From: a virus
Taxonomy: Duplodnaviria > Caudoviricetes
Length of the DNA stretch: 63,168 nucleotides
Virus record (IMG/VR): IMGVR_UViG_3300042878_000174
Span: 1-63,168 of that record
Reading direction: 5' to 3' (one strand)
Shown here: positions 53,074-62,507 of the stretch, piece after piece
Position numbering within the stretch: the stretch's first letter is position 1
How the letters are laid out: each line of letters starts with the position of its first letter
The notes under the pieces: generated by a model
Told to the model about the DNA's origin: nothing
Database searches by the model: none
Seen by the model: the letters and a program-made list of their open reading frames with translations, nothing else
Translations under genes and position numbers: made by a program

Positions 53074-53511
53074 TTATTTACTGGCAACGCCTTTGGTCTT
53101 CTCAAAAGAACGCATACCGGCAATGCCCAAGATGCCTGATAATATCACCCAAAGTTGGTCTGCGTCTAGTACTGGCGGGGGATCCATACCAAGAGGAACC
53201 CAGCCCATAGCTTGCAAATATTTCCAGCACCACTGGAACAGTGGATACAGCAAAAACTGATAGCCCATAGCAGCTACACCGATCCACCCAATGGCAGGTC
53301 GCCAGCCTGAAACAAACACACTGGATGATGCAGCTTCAATCTTGTTAACCTCTATCTGGGCTAGGTCTGTGGCTTGGTCGATGCGCTTCTCTTCAAGATC
53401 AAGCTTACGCTGCTCAATCTCCATTTCCATGCGTTCTTTGTCGGTAGTGACCAGATCACCAGCAACTTTACCAACAGCTTCAATAATTGATCCAACGGCA
53501 AGCAAGCTCAT
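53074..53511 (-). CDS. 3TM-type holin (GTA-like family)
   Basis: D.ERM..E, QIEVNK.EA.S.S.FVSGWRPAIGW, GILGIAGMRSFEK; directly after endolysin; start reassigned to 53511. Confidence 0.8.
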   Translation of the reverse strand: MSLLAVGSIIEAVGKVAGDLVTTDKERMEMEIEQRKLDLEEKRIDQATDLAQIEVNKIEAASSSVFVSGWRPAIGWIGVAAMGYQFLLYPLFQWCWKYLQAMGWVPLGMDPPPVLDADQLWVILSGILGIAGMRSFEKTKGVASK

Positions 53512-54023
53512 TTCAAACCTTTCAATGTGCGGTTTAGCCAACCTTTGAGGAACTTGACCTGCACGGGGTTCTTATTGCATATCTCAACGTAACGGGCAAT
53601 CTTAGCCAAGGCATACTGCTCCTTAAACCGCTGGCCATCAGGAATCTGGTTGAGTCGCTCAATGGTCTTTGCCCCGATACCGCCGTCAGGGGTAGCCCCA
53701 ACCACAAGCTGGGCCAGCTTTACAGCCATGCCCATACCTGCGTTTACGCCAAAGTTAAAGATGGTGTTTGCTACGTCTTGGTTTGAAATCTCATTACCAC
53801 GCATTTTGTCCCAAAACTCTGTACGGTAGAACTCACGCACCATAGGTGTTAAAGAGCCGCCAAACTCTTTCTTGTCCACCAGCGCCCAACCGGGCCACTG
53901 AGGGTTTTTGTTCCTAGCAATACCAGCGTAGGTCATACCGCCCGTGTCGCCGGGTACTTCGTGGAGGACGTAGCCGCCCTCGTCTTGCATCATGAGTTCA
54001 AAGGCTGGTTCAAACTGCGCCAT
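53508..54023 (-). CDS. Endolysin, glycoside hydrolase family 108 with PG-binding C-terminus
   Basis: EGGYV....D.GG.T..GI, FY...FW, F.FGVN.G, DG.IG.KT, F.KGW.NR. Confidence 0.88.
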   Translation of the reverse strand: MAQFEPAFELMMQDEGGYVLHEVPGDTGGMTYAGIARNKNPQWPGWALVDKKEFGGSLTPMVREFYRTEFWDKMRGNEISNQDVANTIFNFGVNAGMGMAVKLAQLVVGATPDGGIGAKTIERLNQIPDGQRFKEQYALAKIARYVEICNKNPVQVKFLKGWLNRTLKGLK

Positions 54024-54304
54024 TATTTGTCCTTTGGTTTAGTGTCTTCATTCTGCATGAGTTTGATACCAGACAGGAACCCAATCATGCCGCCGATAAG
54101 AGTAGAAAAAGCGGGTGAAATCATTTTGAAAATCTCGGCGTTGTCCACTTCCTTGGCCCACAGACCCAACATAAAGGCGGTTACCATGGCCAATACGGAG
54201 ATGCACAGGGTGGTGCTGACCATCAAGGTTACCCACAGCGTCAACTTTTCTTTTGTTTCCATCTGCGGCTTCCTGACTGGTCTGACTATTGGTTTCTTGG
54301 TCAT
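54023..54304 (-). CDS. Two-TM membrane protein of the lysis region
   Basis: Two hydrophobic helices; DNAEIF..ISPAF.T.IGG.IG.LSG. Confidence 0.7.
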   Translation of the reverse strand: MTKKPIVRPVRKPQMETKEKLTLWVTLMVSTTLCISVLAMVTAFMLGLWAKEVDNAEIFKMISPAFSTLIGGMIGFLSGIKLMQNEDTKPKDK

Positions 54305-54540
54305 ACGTATTTGTCAAAATATCTTGTGCTATTAAATATTTCCAACTCAATTGTTCGTTGCCGCGCCCGTTTGTTGTACAACTCAATTTCAAGTGCGTCA
54401 ACTGCCTTCTCTATCTTTTTGGCTTCTAACGCCAGTTTGTATTCATACTCAAGTCGCTCGGCTCTTTTCTCATGGGCTATTGCTCGTACATCGTAGGGAC
54501 TGGGATGCACAAACGGAAACCATTTGTGAAGCTGAATCAT
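54301..54540 (-). CDS. Hypothetical protein
   Basis: ATGA overlaps on both sides; coiled-coil character. Confidence 0.6.
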   Translation of the reverse strand: MIQLHKWFPFVHPSPYDVRAIAHEKRAERLEYEYKLALEAKKIEKAVDALEIELYNKRARQRTIELEIFNSTRYFDKYV

Positions 54541-54824
54541 TTCTTTTCACGTTTAATCGCTTCTTCATAACCACGCAAAATTAAAGATCGGGCTTCTGCC
54601 GAATCTGCTGTACCCGCCCACATAGGCAGGTTGTTCCAAATAACCACATAATCTTCGGATTTGCAATACTGTGCGTTGTTCTTTAGCCAAGCGATCATTT
54701 GCTGATGGCGCTCGGATGGGTTGTGAATTGTGTAGCCAATTCCATAGAACTCGCGCACATGGCAACCATTCTTGGCTACGGCCCCAACTAGCCCCAACAG
54801 CAGTAACAGTATGAGCCAACGCAT
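54537..54824 (-). CDS. Signal-peptide-bearing protein
   Basis: MRWLILLLLLGLVGAVA; H.P.ERH...WL...C....IWNNL..WAGTADS. Confidence 0.65.
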   Translation of the reverse strand: MRWLILLLLLGLVGAVAKNGCHVREFYGIGYTIHNPSERHQQMIAWLKNNAQYCKSEDYVVIWNNLPMWAGTADSAEARSLILRGYEEAIKREKK

Positions 54825-54827
54825 TCA

Positions 54828-54920
54828 TCACACCAAAGTCCATGCAATTATGTACGTGCCAAAGATGACAAAGGCCACTAGACAGGCTGCGGCAATGAAT
54901 GCTTCAGCCCAGTCCCACAT
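54828..54920 (-). CDS. 30-aa hydrophobic peptide (not in ORF track)
   Basis: MWDWAEAFIAAACLVAFVIFGTYIIAWTLV; GGAG RBS; fills the gap between genes exactly. Confidence 0.55.
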   Translation of the reverse strand: MWDWAEAFIAAACLVAFVIFGTYIIAWTLV

Positions 54921-54922
54921 GG

Positions 54923-56566
54923 TTAGCTCCACTTGATGATTACGATGCCAGAGCCGCCGTTAGCGCCTTTGTAAGTGGGGTTAGGTGTTGTACCTGAACC
55001 GCCTCCACCTCCACCACCAGTGTTTGTCGATCCAGAAGTCGGCAAAACAGTATTCCCAGTACCGCCTGATCCGCCACCACCTAAACCACCTGCGGATGTC
55101 ACACCGTCTTTACCACCTCCACCGCCGCCTGCGTAATAGATAGATGTTCCTGTAATGGAAGAAGCTAGACCAACACCTCCGGGGGATATAGCACCCTCAA
55201 CATTACTAGCGCCAATAGCGCCTGCACCACCACCGCCAGAGCCGTATTGGATGCTACTAGTATCACCACCAGCAAATCCTTGACCTGCTGGTGAAGCCGC
55301 ACCTCCAACATTATTGTTCTTACTTGCGCCACCACCCGAACCACCAGCCGATCCGTTAGTGGTGCTTCGCGATGCGCCGCCGCCCCCGCCCGTAGAAGTG
55401 ATAGAACTGAAGGAAGAGTCTGTCCCATTAGCTCCATTTAAAGTTTCAAGAGTAGAACCCAAACCACCCGCACCTACAGAAATAATGTAAGTAGTACCAG
55501 CAGTTACTGAGAATCCTGTGGCTGTCTTATAACCACCCGCACCGCCACCACCGCCGTAGTATCCCGCACCGCCACCACCACCACCAGCAACTACCAAGTA
55601 TTGAACCTGTGTTGCGCCAACAGGGGCTGTCCATGTGTTGGACGAGAAAAATACAATTGTGTTTGCACCAAGCAAATCTGTTGGCGTAGTAGGTGCCAAT
55701 GTGCCTGAAGATGTAAACGTATGAACGACATGACCAGCGGCATAAGCTACTGTGCCACCAGTAAAATATTGAATTGAGCCGGGGTAGCGAAGAATGACTA
55801 TGCCTGAACCGCCTGCGGCACCAGTAGCTGTGGAAGTTACGTTTTCAGATGCTCCGCCACCACCGCCGCCTGTGTTTGCAGTTCCAGCGGTTGCGTCTGT
55901 AGTAGTAGACTTAGCGCCACGACCACCACCACCCGCACCACCATAAGATATTGGGGATGTGCCTTCCACGCCCATGCCACCACCACCAGCATAAGTAGTT
56001 ACGGTTCCAGAGATGGCTGACGCAATGCCCGATCCACCGTTGCCACCAAAATAGCCTAGACCCGCAGACCCAGCTCCACCGCCGCCGCCGTAAATACTTC
56101 CGCCGTTATTTCCCTGTCCTGATATGCCTATGCCACCGCCAACACCGCCAGCATATTCACTACCGCCGCCACCAGAACCGCCATTACCGCCAACACCATA
56201 GGCGGCGCTTATTTGTTTGCCGCCACCACCGTAACCACCTCCAGTGGCAACAATACGCCCCGTGTATGCAAGAGAGGTTGTGGAATCAAAAACGGAGTTG
56301 AAGCCGGGGTTGCCGTATATACCTGCACCAACCGCCGCTCCACCACCACCTACAGTAACAAAGTAAGAAGCGCCAAGAGTGATGCCTGCATAGCCTTGAA
56401 GCAAGCCGCCTGCGCCCCCACCACCGCCATAGAATCCACCACCGCCTGAACCACCACCAGCAACTACCAAATACTCAATGACAGACGGAGGAATGCCTGT
56501 CCAATTCAGGTTTTTGACCGCCTGACTGACTTGACTCAGTGTCCACATTCCGCTGTATGTTGGCAT
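54923..56566 (-). CDS. Glycine-rich tail fibre-like protein with two Gly-rich domains
   Basis: Two YLVVAGGG...GGSGIVI units. Confidence 0.75.
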   Translation of the reverse strand: MPTYSGMWTLSQVSQAVKNLNWTGIPPSVIEYLVVAGGGSGGGGFYGGGGGAGGLLQGYAGITLGASYFVTVGGGGAAVGAGIYGNPGFNSVFDSTTSLAYTGRIVATGGGYGGGGKQISAAYGVGGNGGSGGGGSEYAGGVGGGIGISGQGNNGGSIYGGGGGAGSAGLGYFGGNGGSGIASAISGTVTTYAGGGGMGVEGTSPISYGGAGGGGRGAKSTTTDATAGTANTGGGGGGASENVTSTATGAAGGSGIVILRYPGSIQYFTGGTVAYAAGHVVHTFTSSGTLAPTTPTDLLGANTIVFFSSNTWTAPVGATQVQYLVVAGGGGGGAGYYGGGGGAGGYKTATGFSVTAGTTYIISVGAGGLGSTLETLNGANGTDSSFSSITSTGGGGGASRSTTNGSAGGSGGGASKNNNVGGAASPAGQGFAGGDTSSIQYGSGGGGAGAIGASNVEGAISPGGVGLASSITGTSIYYAGGGGGGKDGVTSAGGLGGGGSGGTGNTVLPTSGSTNTGGGGGGGSGTTPNPTYKGANGGSGIVIIKWS

Positions 56567-56578
56567 CTCTTGCTCCGA

Positions 56579-56953
56579 TTAAGCTGGTGTTTCTGGTGTT
56601 GGAAGTGTTATTTCAACCCAAGAAGTTGTTTCTTCGTTCCATTGGAAGAACTTGCCTTCCTCAACAGGCATAGGTGTGGGAGGACTCCAATGACAAGTGT
56701 CTTCATTCAAAGTCCAAGACGCAAACGGCTTGGGGGGAATAAACGCATCACGACCTGAGTCGTATGTGTAACCAATACCAGCGTAGTTTTTACGCAGGGG
56801 TGTGCCGCCTAGACGGTGTACGCCGCCAGAGGTGTTGTAACTTGTCTGAACCCAAGATGCTGGGTCGCCCCAGTGACCAAGGTTTAAAACGTCCTGCTCG
56901 ATGACGATGACTTGCGTCACTACACCGTTCTCTACTTTTGCGAAATGGCTCAT
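56579..56953 (-). CDS. Conserved protein accompanying Gly-rich fibres (possible assembly factor)
   Basis: MSHFAKV...V.QVIV, W.QTSYNT, RKNYAGIGY.YD..RDAFIPPKPF.SW. Confidence 0.7.
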   Translation of the reverse strand: MSHFAKVENGVVTQVIVIEQDVLNLGHWGDPASWVQTSYNTSGGVHRLGGTPLRKNYAGIGYTYDSGRDAFIPPKPFASWTLNEDTCHWSPPTPMPVEEGKFFQWNEETTSWVEITLPTPETPA

Positions 56954-56962
56954 AGTTGCTCC

Positions 56963-58060
56963 TTAGAAAATGATTGAACCAGAAGAAGTCCAAGTGTAAA
57001 TTTGATAACCGTCACTATAGTTTACTTGAGGGGAACCTGTCACCAAAGCTGGCGCAGAATTGATTTGTGGGTAACGAACAATAACGATGCCAGAAGCGCC
57101 ATTACCACCAGCATTGCTACTGTTACCGCCACCACCGCCGCCAGAACCTGTGTTAGCGGTTGCTGATAAACCAACAGAATTATTACCACCATTGCCACCA
57201 CCAGCGCACCCTAAACCAGCACCCGATGTTTGCGCACCTGCGCCACCGCCACCAGCATAAAAAACTCTTGCGCCTGTAATGGTTGAACAGAGTCCTGCGC
57301 CGCCGTTACCAGAAAAAGGAGTAGGCGAGTTGCTAGAAGTGCCTTGCGACCCTGCACCACCTCCTCCACCACCTCCAGCCAAAACTAATGGTATTCCACC
57401 ATCGTTACCTTGACCTGCTGTGCCTAATCCATAAGATGATTGTGTGTTTCCACCGCCGCCTGAACCACCGCTTAACGATGCTTGAGACTCGGCATAGTAA
57501 GCGCCTCGACCGCCGCCAGTTGCGGTAATACCGCTAAATACAGAGTTTGAGCCGCTTGTTCCAGAAGCACTAACGCCAGCACCACCAGCGCCAATAGTCA
57601 CAGTTAAAGCAGAGCCTGCGGCAACAAGGTATTGTGAAGCAGTAAGCAAACCTCCTGCACCGCCACCTCCGCCTCCGCCATTACCAGCACCGCCAGAACC
57701 ACCACCAGCGACTACCAAGTACTCAACCGTATTAGGAGCGCCAGCATAGGGATTAAATGCGCGTTGGGTTACGGCAGTGTGAGTACCAGAACCTGAACTA
57801 TTTGTGAACGTGACAGCAGACCCGCCAAGCGTTGTGGAGAATTGGCAAGTGTTTGTGCTTGTGCTGATAACGTAGTATGTTGTATTTGTAGACAAGCCTG
57901 TAGGCAAAGTGCCAGTGGTCGTGAATTGCACAGCCTGACCCACAGCAGGCGTTGCCGTTGTTGAAGTAAAGGTAAAAGTCGGTGAAGTTACAGCCGTGAA
58001 CGTACCAATCGACACATTGGTGTTCTGCCCTGCAATAAAACCACCTAATCTATTACTCAT
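56963..58060 (-). CDS. Glycine-rich tail fibre-like protein
   Basis: TTGTLPTGL...TTYYV insertion plus VEYLVVAGGG...SGIVIVRYP unit. Confidence 0.75.
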   Translation of the reverse strand: MSNRLGGFIAGQNTNVSIGTFTAVTSPTFTFTSTTATPAVGQAVQFTTTGTLPTGLSTNTTYYVISTSTNTCQFSTTLGGSAVTFTNSSGSGTHTAVTQRAFNPYAGAPNTVEYLVVAGGGSGGAGNGGGGGGGAGGLLTASQYLVAAGSALTVTIGAGGAGVSASGTSGSNSVFSGITATGGGRGAYYAESQASLSGGSGGGGNTQSSYGLGTAGQGNDGGIPLVLAGGGGGGGAGSQGTSSNSPTPFSGNGGAGLCSTITGARVFYAGGGGAGAQTSGAGLGCAGGGNGGNNSVGLSATANTGSGGGGGGNSSNAGGNGASGIVIVRYPQINSAPALVTGSPQVNYSDGYQIYTWTSSGSIIF

Positions 58061-58069
58061 GTCTATTCC

Positions 58070-59578
58070 TTAGAAGGTGATTGAACCACTGGTTGTCCAA
58101 GTGTACACACGGTTTTTGTAGCCTGCACCAGTAACAAATGGAGACTCTTGGTTCCAAAGTGGCTGTGTTCCCGAAGACGTAAAAAACGCATAAGCGTTTG
58201 AAGAAGCGTCCAAGTAGGGAGCGCCAGATGCTGTATTCATCAAAAGTGCAGTTCCTGTAACATTTGCAAGAGGGCCTGTTGGAACGGTAAACCCAGCCAA
58301 TGAATAAACAACCGTGTTGGTTAATCTTAAATTAGAGACGTAGCCGGGAAATTGATAAGTAGCGGTGTAACCACAAACTTGTAAAAAACCTGTTGCAAAC
58401 AGAACGTCAGTAAAAGCTACCGACCCTTGCAAAACGCCGTTTATAAACCCATAAATCGTTGACCCAGACCTTATCAAGCAATAATGAAACCATGTATTTA
58501 TTGCTGGCGCTCCACCTGAAATGGCGATTTGTCTTTCTACACCTGTTGTTGAACTATTGACAACAAAATTTCCAGTGTACAAACCAACATAATTTGCACC
58601 AGTAGCTGTACCCGCAAACAATCTGTAACTTGATGTGGTTGAATAATTCATCCAGCACTCTAGTGTGAAATCTCCAGACTGCGAAGGCGCGGTAGTTTGA
58701 GACTGTAGAGTACCTGCGCCATTTGGGTATAAGCTACCCGACCCACTTGTAGTTGCAGTTGCATTGACTGTTGTTGCCGCCGCATATACGTCTGGGTATG
58801 AAACAATGACAATGCCAGAGCCGCCTGTGCCGCCAGTAGCAGTAGCACCACCTACCCCTCCGCCACCACCACCACCGCCTGTGTTTGGAGATCCGTTAGT
58901 ACCTGTATAAGGTGCTGTGCCCGCATTACCAGCACCACCTCCGCCAGCACCACCAGTGCATTGCCCCCCATAGCGACCACCACCACCGCCACCGCCAGCA
59001 TAAGCGGTTAAAGTACCAGAAATAGCTGACGCAATACCTGCGCCCCCAACTCCGGGCACTGCTGTGCCGCCAGTCCATGTACTAAGACCTACAGTGCCAG
59101 CACCGCCGCCGCCAGAACCAGTCCAGTTATTATTGTCACCACCAAACCCGCCAGCGTTACCTTGACCACTAATGTTGTTTCCATTAAACGTAGCAAATGT
59201 TCCGCCGCCGCCGCCTGACCCGCCAGAGCCACCTTCAGAAACAGTTCCCAATGATGAAGGCCCACCAGTACCGCCTCCAGTAGTGCTGATTAAACCAAAA
59301 ACAGAGCTTTGCCCAGCAGCAGGGTTGGTGTAGCTTCCGCCGGTATAAATTCCACCAGCACCGCCACCGCCAACAGTAACTAATAAAGTTTGTTCATTTG
59401 GCACAGGGTCAGTGCCTGTAAGTAAACCACCAGCACCGCCACCGCCACTATTAGCCGAACCGCCACCACCTCCACCAGCAACAACTAAGTATTCAACTGC
59501 GGGAGTTTTTTGAGCAGGCCATCCACCTTGTTGAACAGCTTGCATGACCTGTTTGAGATTAAATAAACCGTTTGCCAT
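58070..59578 (-). CDS. Glycine-rich fibre with LamG/concanavalin-like domain
   Basis: Gly-rich unit followed by GDFTLECW, W.H...RSG.....FING, GY.SNLR. Confidence 0.78.
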   Translation of the reverse strand: MANGLFNLKQVMQAVQQGGWPAQKTPAVEYLVVAGGGGGGSANSGGGGAGGLLTGTDPVPNEQTLLVTVGGGGAGGIYTGGSYTNPAAGQSSVFGLISTTGGGTGGPSSLGTVSEGGSGGSGGGGGTFATFNGNNISGQGNAGGFGGDNNNWTGSGGGGAGTVGLSTWTGGTAVPGVGGAGIASAISGTLTAYAGGGGGGGRYGGQCTGGAGGGGAGNAGTAPYTGTNGSPNTGGGGGGGGVGGATATGGTGGSGIVIVSYPDVYAAATTVNATATTSGSGSLYPNGAGTLQSQTTAPSQSGDFTLECWMNYSTTSSYRLFAGTATGANYVGLYTGNFVVNSSTTGVERQIAISGGAPAINTWFHYCLIRSGSTIYGFINGVLQGSVAFTDVLFATGFLQVCGYTATYQFPGYVSNLRLTNTVVYSLAGFTVPTGPLANVTGTALLMNTASGAPYLDASSNAYAFFTSSGTQPLWNQESPFVTGAGYKNRVYTWTTSGSITF

Positions 59579-59584
59579 AAAACC

Positions 59585-60493
59585 TCAGAATGTGATAGTG
59601 CCAGAGGCAACAAATTTGTACACGCGCCATGCGCCTGCAACGTACATTTCAGGCCCACCTGTTGTTGATGTAGCTGGGGCTTGGTATGAAGGGTAGCGGA
59701 TGATGACTATGCCAGAACCGCCTGCGGCTCCGACTTTAGAAGAAGCGAAGTTTCCAGAACCACCGCCACCTCCACCGGTGTTGGGAACACCGCTTGTAGC
59801 TTGAAAACGTATTGCGCCAGAACCAGTGCCGCTTCCGCCATTTCCGCCACCACCACCGCCACCTATAGTTTTAAACCCAAGGTTATTTGGATCATAAACC
59901 CCACCAGCACCACCACCAGCGTATTGAATCGGTGATCCTGTTATTGATGAAACAGCCCCTGTTCCTCCTGAATAGCCAAATGGAGTAGTATTTTCAGAAG
60001 TTCCAACGCTTCCAGCGCCACCACCACCACCGCCCCAATACAAAGTCCCACTAAATCCATTAGTAAATGATGCGCCATCGTTTCCTTGACCGAGGGTTTT
60101 TGCTCCACCAGCAAACCATCCTGCGCCACCGCCAGACCCGCCTGCGCCGCCGGGCGTTGTACCCGCAGAACCGCCTCCTCCGCCATAACCGCCACCAATA
60201 GCCGTAATGTTGCCAAAAACTGAACTAGCACCTTGAACAGCCGCTACCGAAGTGTTTGGCGCACCAGCGCCTCCAGCACCAACAGTAACAGTAATAGAAG
60301 TACCCATAGCCACGGGATAACCTTGAGCAGTCAAAAAGCCACCTGCGCCACCTCCACCACCGCAACCAGAGTTATAGTTTTCCGATCCACCACCACCCCC
60401 GCCAGCCACGACAAGGTACTCCACCGCTGTGACAGGTGAATTGATGCCGTCAAGCCCGACAGAAAGAATGCCGCCAACTCTATCAAGAGACAT
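59585..60493 (-). CDS. Glycine-rich tail fibre-like protein
   Basis: VEYLVVAGGG...GGSGIVIIRYP...YKF..SGTITF. Confidence 0.75.
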   Translation of the reverse strand: MSLDRVGGILSVGLDGINSPVTAVEYLVVAGGGGGGSENYNSGCGGGGGAGGFLTAQGYPVAMGTSITVTVGAGGAGAPNTSVAAVQGASSVFGNITAIGGGYGGGGGSAGTTPGGAGGSGGGAGWFAGGAKTLGQGNDGASFTNGFSGTLYWGGGGGGAGSVGTSENTTPFGYSGGTGAVSSITGSPIQYAGGGAGGVYDPNNLGFKTIGGGGGGGNGGSGTGSGAIRFQATSGVPNTGGGGGGSGNFASSKVGAAGGSGIVIIRYPSYQAPATSTTGGPEMYVAGAWRVYKFVASGTITF

Positions 60494-60505
60494 ATCAGCC
60501 TCCCT

Positions 60506-60904
60506 TTACGCTATGAGTTCGTAGCTGATGCTGTAAGTAATGCCGCTGGCTGTGCCGGATGTAACAGTGATTGATGTGCCTTCCATCAGATACAAAGCTG
60601 ATGTTTTATCCACAACAATTAAAGATGCACCAACAGGCACAGACACTGTAGAAGCAATCGGGAAGGCCGTTCCGCTAGATGGAGCAGAGCCTTGAGATTG
60701 AGCGCCGTTAGTGTAGATAGACACAGTTGTATTTACTGCCGCAGAGCCGCTGACGTTAGCAGCCACGATCTGGTTGATCTTCATCACTTGACCGCTAGAA
60801 GCAGCATTAGGAAGAAGAACCACGGCAGATGTACCGCCGGGTGTTAGATAGGTAGTTACACCGTAAATCGTGGTTGAACTGCCAGCAATATTTGGATTTG
60901 CCAT
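60506..60904 (-). CDS. Virion structural protein
   Basis: MANPNI...IYG.T, N.ASSG.V.KIN, VP..ASL.V.DK...YL.E, SYE end. Confidence 0.7.
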   Translation of the reverse strand: MANPNIAGSSTTIYGVTTYLTPGGTSAVVLLPNAASSGQVMKINQIVAANVSGSAAVNTTVSIYTNGAQSQGSAPSSGTAFPIASTVSVPVGASLIVVDKTSALYLMEGTSITVTSGTASGITYSISYELIA

Positions 60905-60913
60905 GATGTTTCC

Positions 60914-61720
60914 TTAAAAGCCAAAGACGAGAGCCATTGCCACTGCTTGACCGCGAGTAGCGCCAGTAGCGGCTGGGGTTGTTGATGCCCAAGTTGTACC
61001 ATTAGATGTCAACACATTACCAGCAGTACTGGGGGCAACAAAAGTTGGTGTTGAAGTGCCGTTACCCAGAATGACGTTGTTAGCAGTCAGCGTGGTTAGA
61101 CCTGTACCGCCTTGGTCTACACCAAGAGTTCCAGTAGACACCAAGTTCTTACTGCCGTTTGTAAATACAGGCTTGCTGGCTGTCAGTGAAGAATCAATGA
61201 TGTCATTGGCTGTCAGCGTTGTACCGTCAAAAGTCAAGTTAGCAGAAGCACCAAAAGCGCCAGAGCTATTAAACTGAACCTGAGTATTGGAGCCAGCCGC
61301 AGAGCCACCGCCCACATTAACAAAGTTAGTACCGTCCCAAGCCACAATAGCCCGTGTACCAGCCGCTACAGTAACGCCTGTACCAGTCACACCTTGAATG
61401 GTAATTGACTGAGTACTGGATGTTTTGTTAATCACCACATAAGTTTTAGACTGTGCAGGGACTGTGATTGTGCGGGTAACTGTACCGCCAGCAGTCCATA
61501 GGATCACTGCGTACTGAGAGCTATTGGCTGTCAGACCTGTACTTGCGTATGTGCCTTCAGTAACAGTCAGCGTAATGTCTGCATCCGCAGAAATTGTTTG
61601 AGTTCCAGCAACGGCAACATCCACAATCTGCGAGATGGCGTTATTGATGGTGTCACCCCACTGACCGGACAGCGTACCTGTTGCCGGAAGGGTTAGACCT
61701 ATAAGGGATGTCTTTGCCAT
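60914..61720 (-). CDS. Tail fibre proximal protein
   Basis: L.LPATG..SG.WG..IN N-terminal anchor, GSNTQVQFN.SG.F, L.V.QGGTG, G.A.AMALVFG end. Confidence 0.7.
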   Translation of the reverse strand: MAKTSLIGLTLPATGTLSGQWGDTINNAISQIVDVAVAGTQTISADADITLTVTEGTYASTGLTANSSQYAVILWTAGGTVTRTITVPAQSKTYVVINKTSSTQSITIQGVTGTGVTVAAGTRAIVAWDGTNFVNVGGGSAAGSNTQVQFNSSGAFGASANLTFDGTTLTANDIIDSSLTASKPVFTNGSKNLVSTGTLGVDQGGTGLTTLTANNVILGNGTSTPTFVAPSTAGNVLTSNGTTWASTTPAATGATRGQAVAMALVFGF

Positions 61721-61729
61721 TTATTGCTC

Positions 61730-62506
61730 CTACTGAGTAGAAATTACTGTCCAACCGGGCGATTCCGTTGTATCAACAGCACCCCAGCCCGGTGTTTGCG
61801 GATTGCTGATATTTTGCCAGTTTACGCCTTGCGTGTCATCAATAATTTCCCACAAGTAACGTCCACCGTTTATTTCTGTCAATGCCATCGTATCCGACAC
61901 GCTCAAATTGTAATTTGCAATCCCGCCATTTGTCTCAACGATTACCGCAGACTCAGTTAAAAACTCTTGGTAAAACGTACCTACAGTCGTTCCTTCTTCA
62001 ATAGCCATCGACTCTACGATGGTCATAATCAGCACAGCCACCTGTGCTTCTGCTATTGCAATCGACTCCGATATATTACCCAAGAATGTAGCAACTACTT
62101 CTTCTACACTCACAATCCCTAACGAATCCGCAACACTTTCTGTGTAACTTGTCTGCGCGGCCTCGTCATCTGTAATGGTCTGGCTATCTGCCACACTGAC
62201 GTTGTAGCTGGTTATTGCCTCGTTTACATCAGCAATTGCCACAATTTCAGCAACAGTATCCGCATACGCAACCAGAACAGACTCAGCATCCGCTATTCCC
62301 GCTGTCTCACTTACCGCCACATTCAACGTGACAACGACAGTCTGAATATCCTGAATACCTGCCGTGCCGTTCCACGACCCAGAACCCCAAGTATCTTGTC
62401 CCCAAGATGAGCCGTTCGTTAATGACTCGGTGACGCTGACCTCATAGGTGGTTTCACCACCCCAGCCTAGATCGCCCCAAGCATTATCGCCCCACCCGTT
62501 TGCCAT
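61730..62506 (-). CDS. Acidic repeat virion protein with WG motifs
   Basis: GWGDNAWGDLGWGG, SWGQDTWGSGSW; periodic V.E/DS..I.D repeats; Trp-spaced C-terminus. Confidence 0.7.
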   Translation of the reverse strand: MANGWGDNAWGDLGWGGETTYEVSVTESLTNGSSWGQDTWGSGSWNGTAGIQDIQTVVVTLNVAVSETAGIADAESVLVAYADTVAEIVAIADVNEAITSYNVSVADSQTITDDEAAQTSYTESVADSLGIVSVEEVVATFLGNISESIAIAEAQVAVLIMTIVESMAIEEGTTVGTFYQEFLTESAVIVETNGGIANYNLSVSDTMALTEINGGRYLWEIIDDTQGVNWQNISNPQTPGWGAVDTTESPGWTVISTQ

Positions 62507-62507
62507 A

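Noticed and set aside
54923-60493. Diversity-generating retroelement acting on fibre genes
   Set aside because: No reverse transcriptase and no template/variable repeat pair differing only at adenines was seen.
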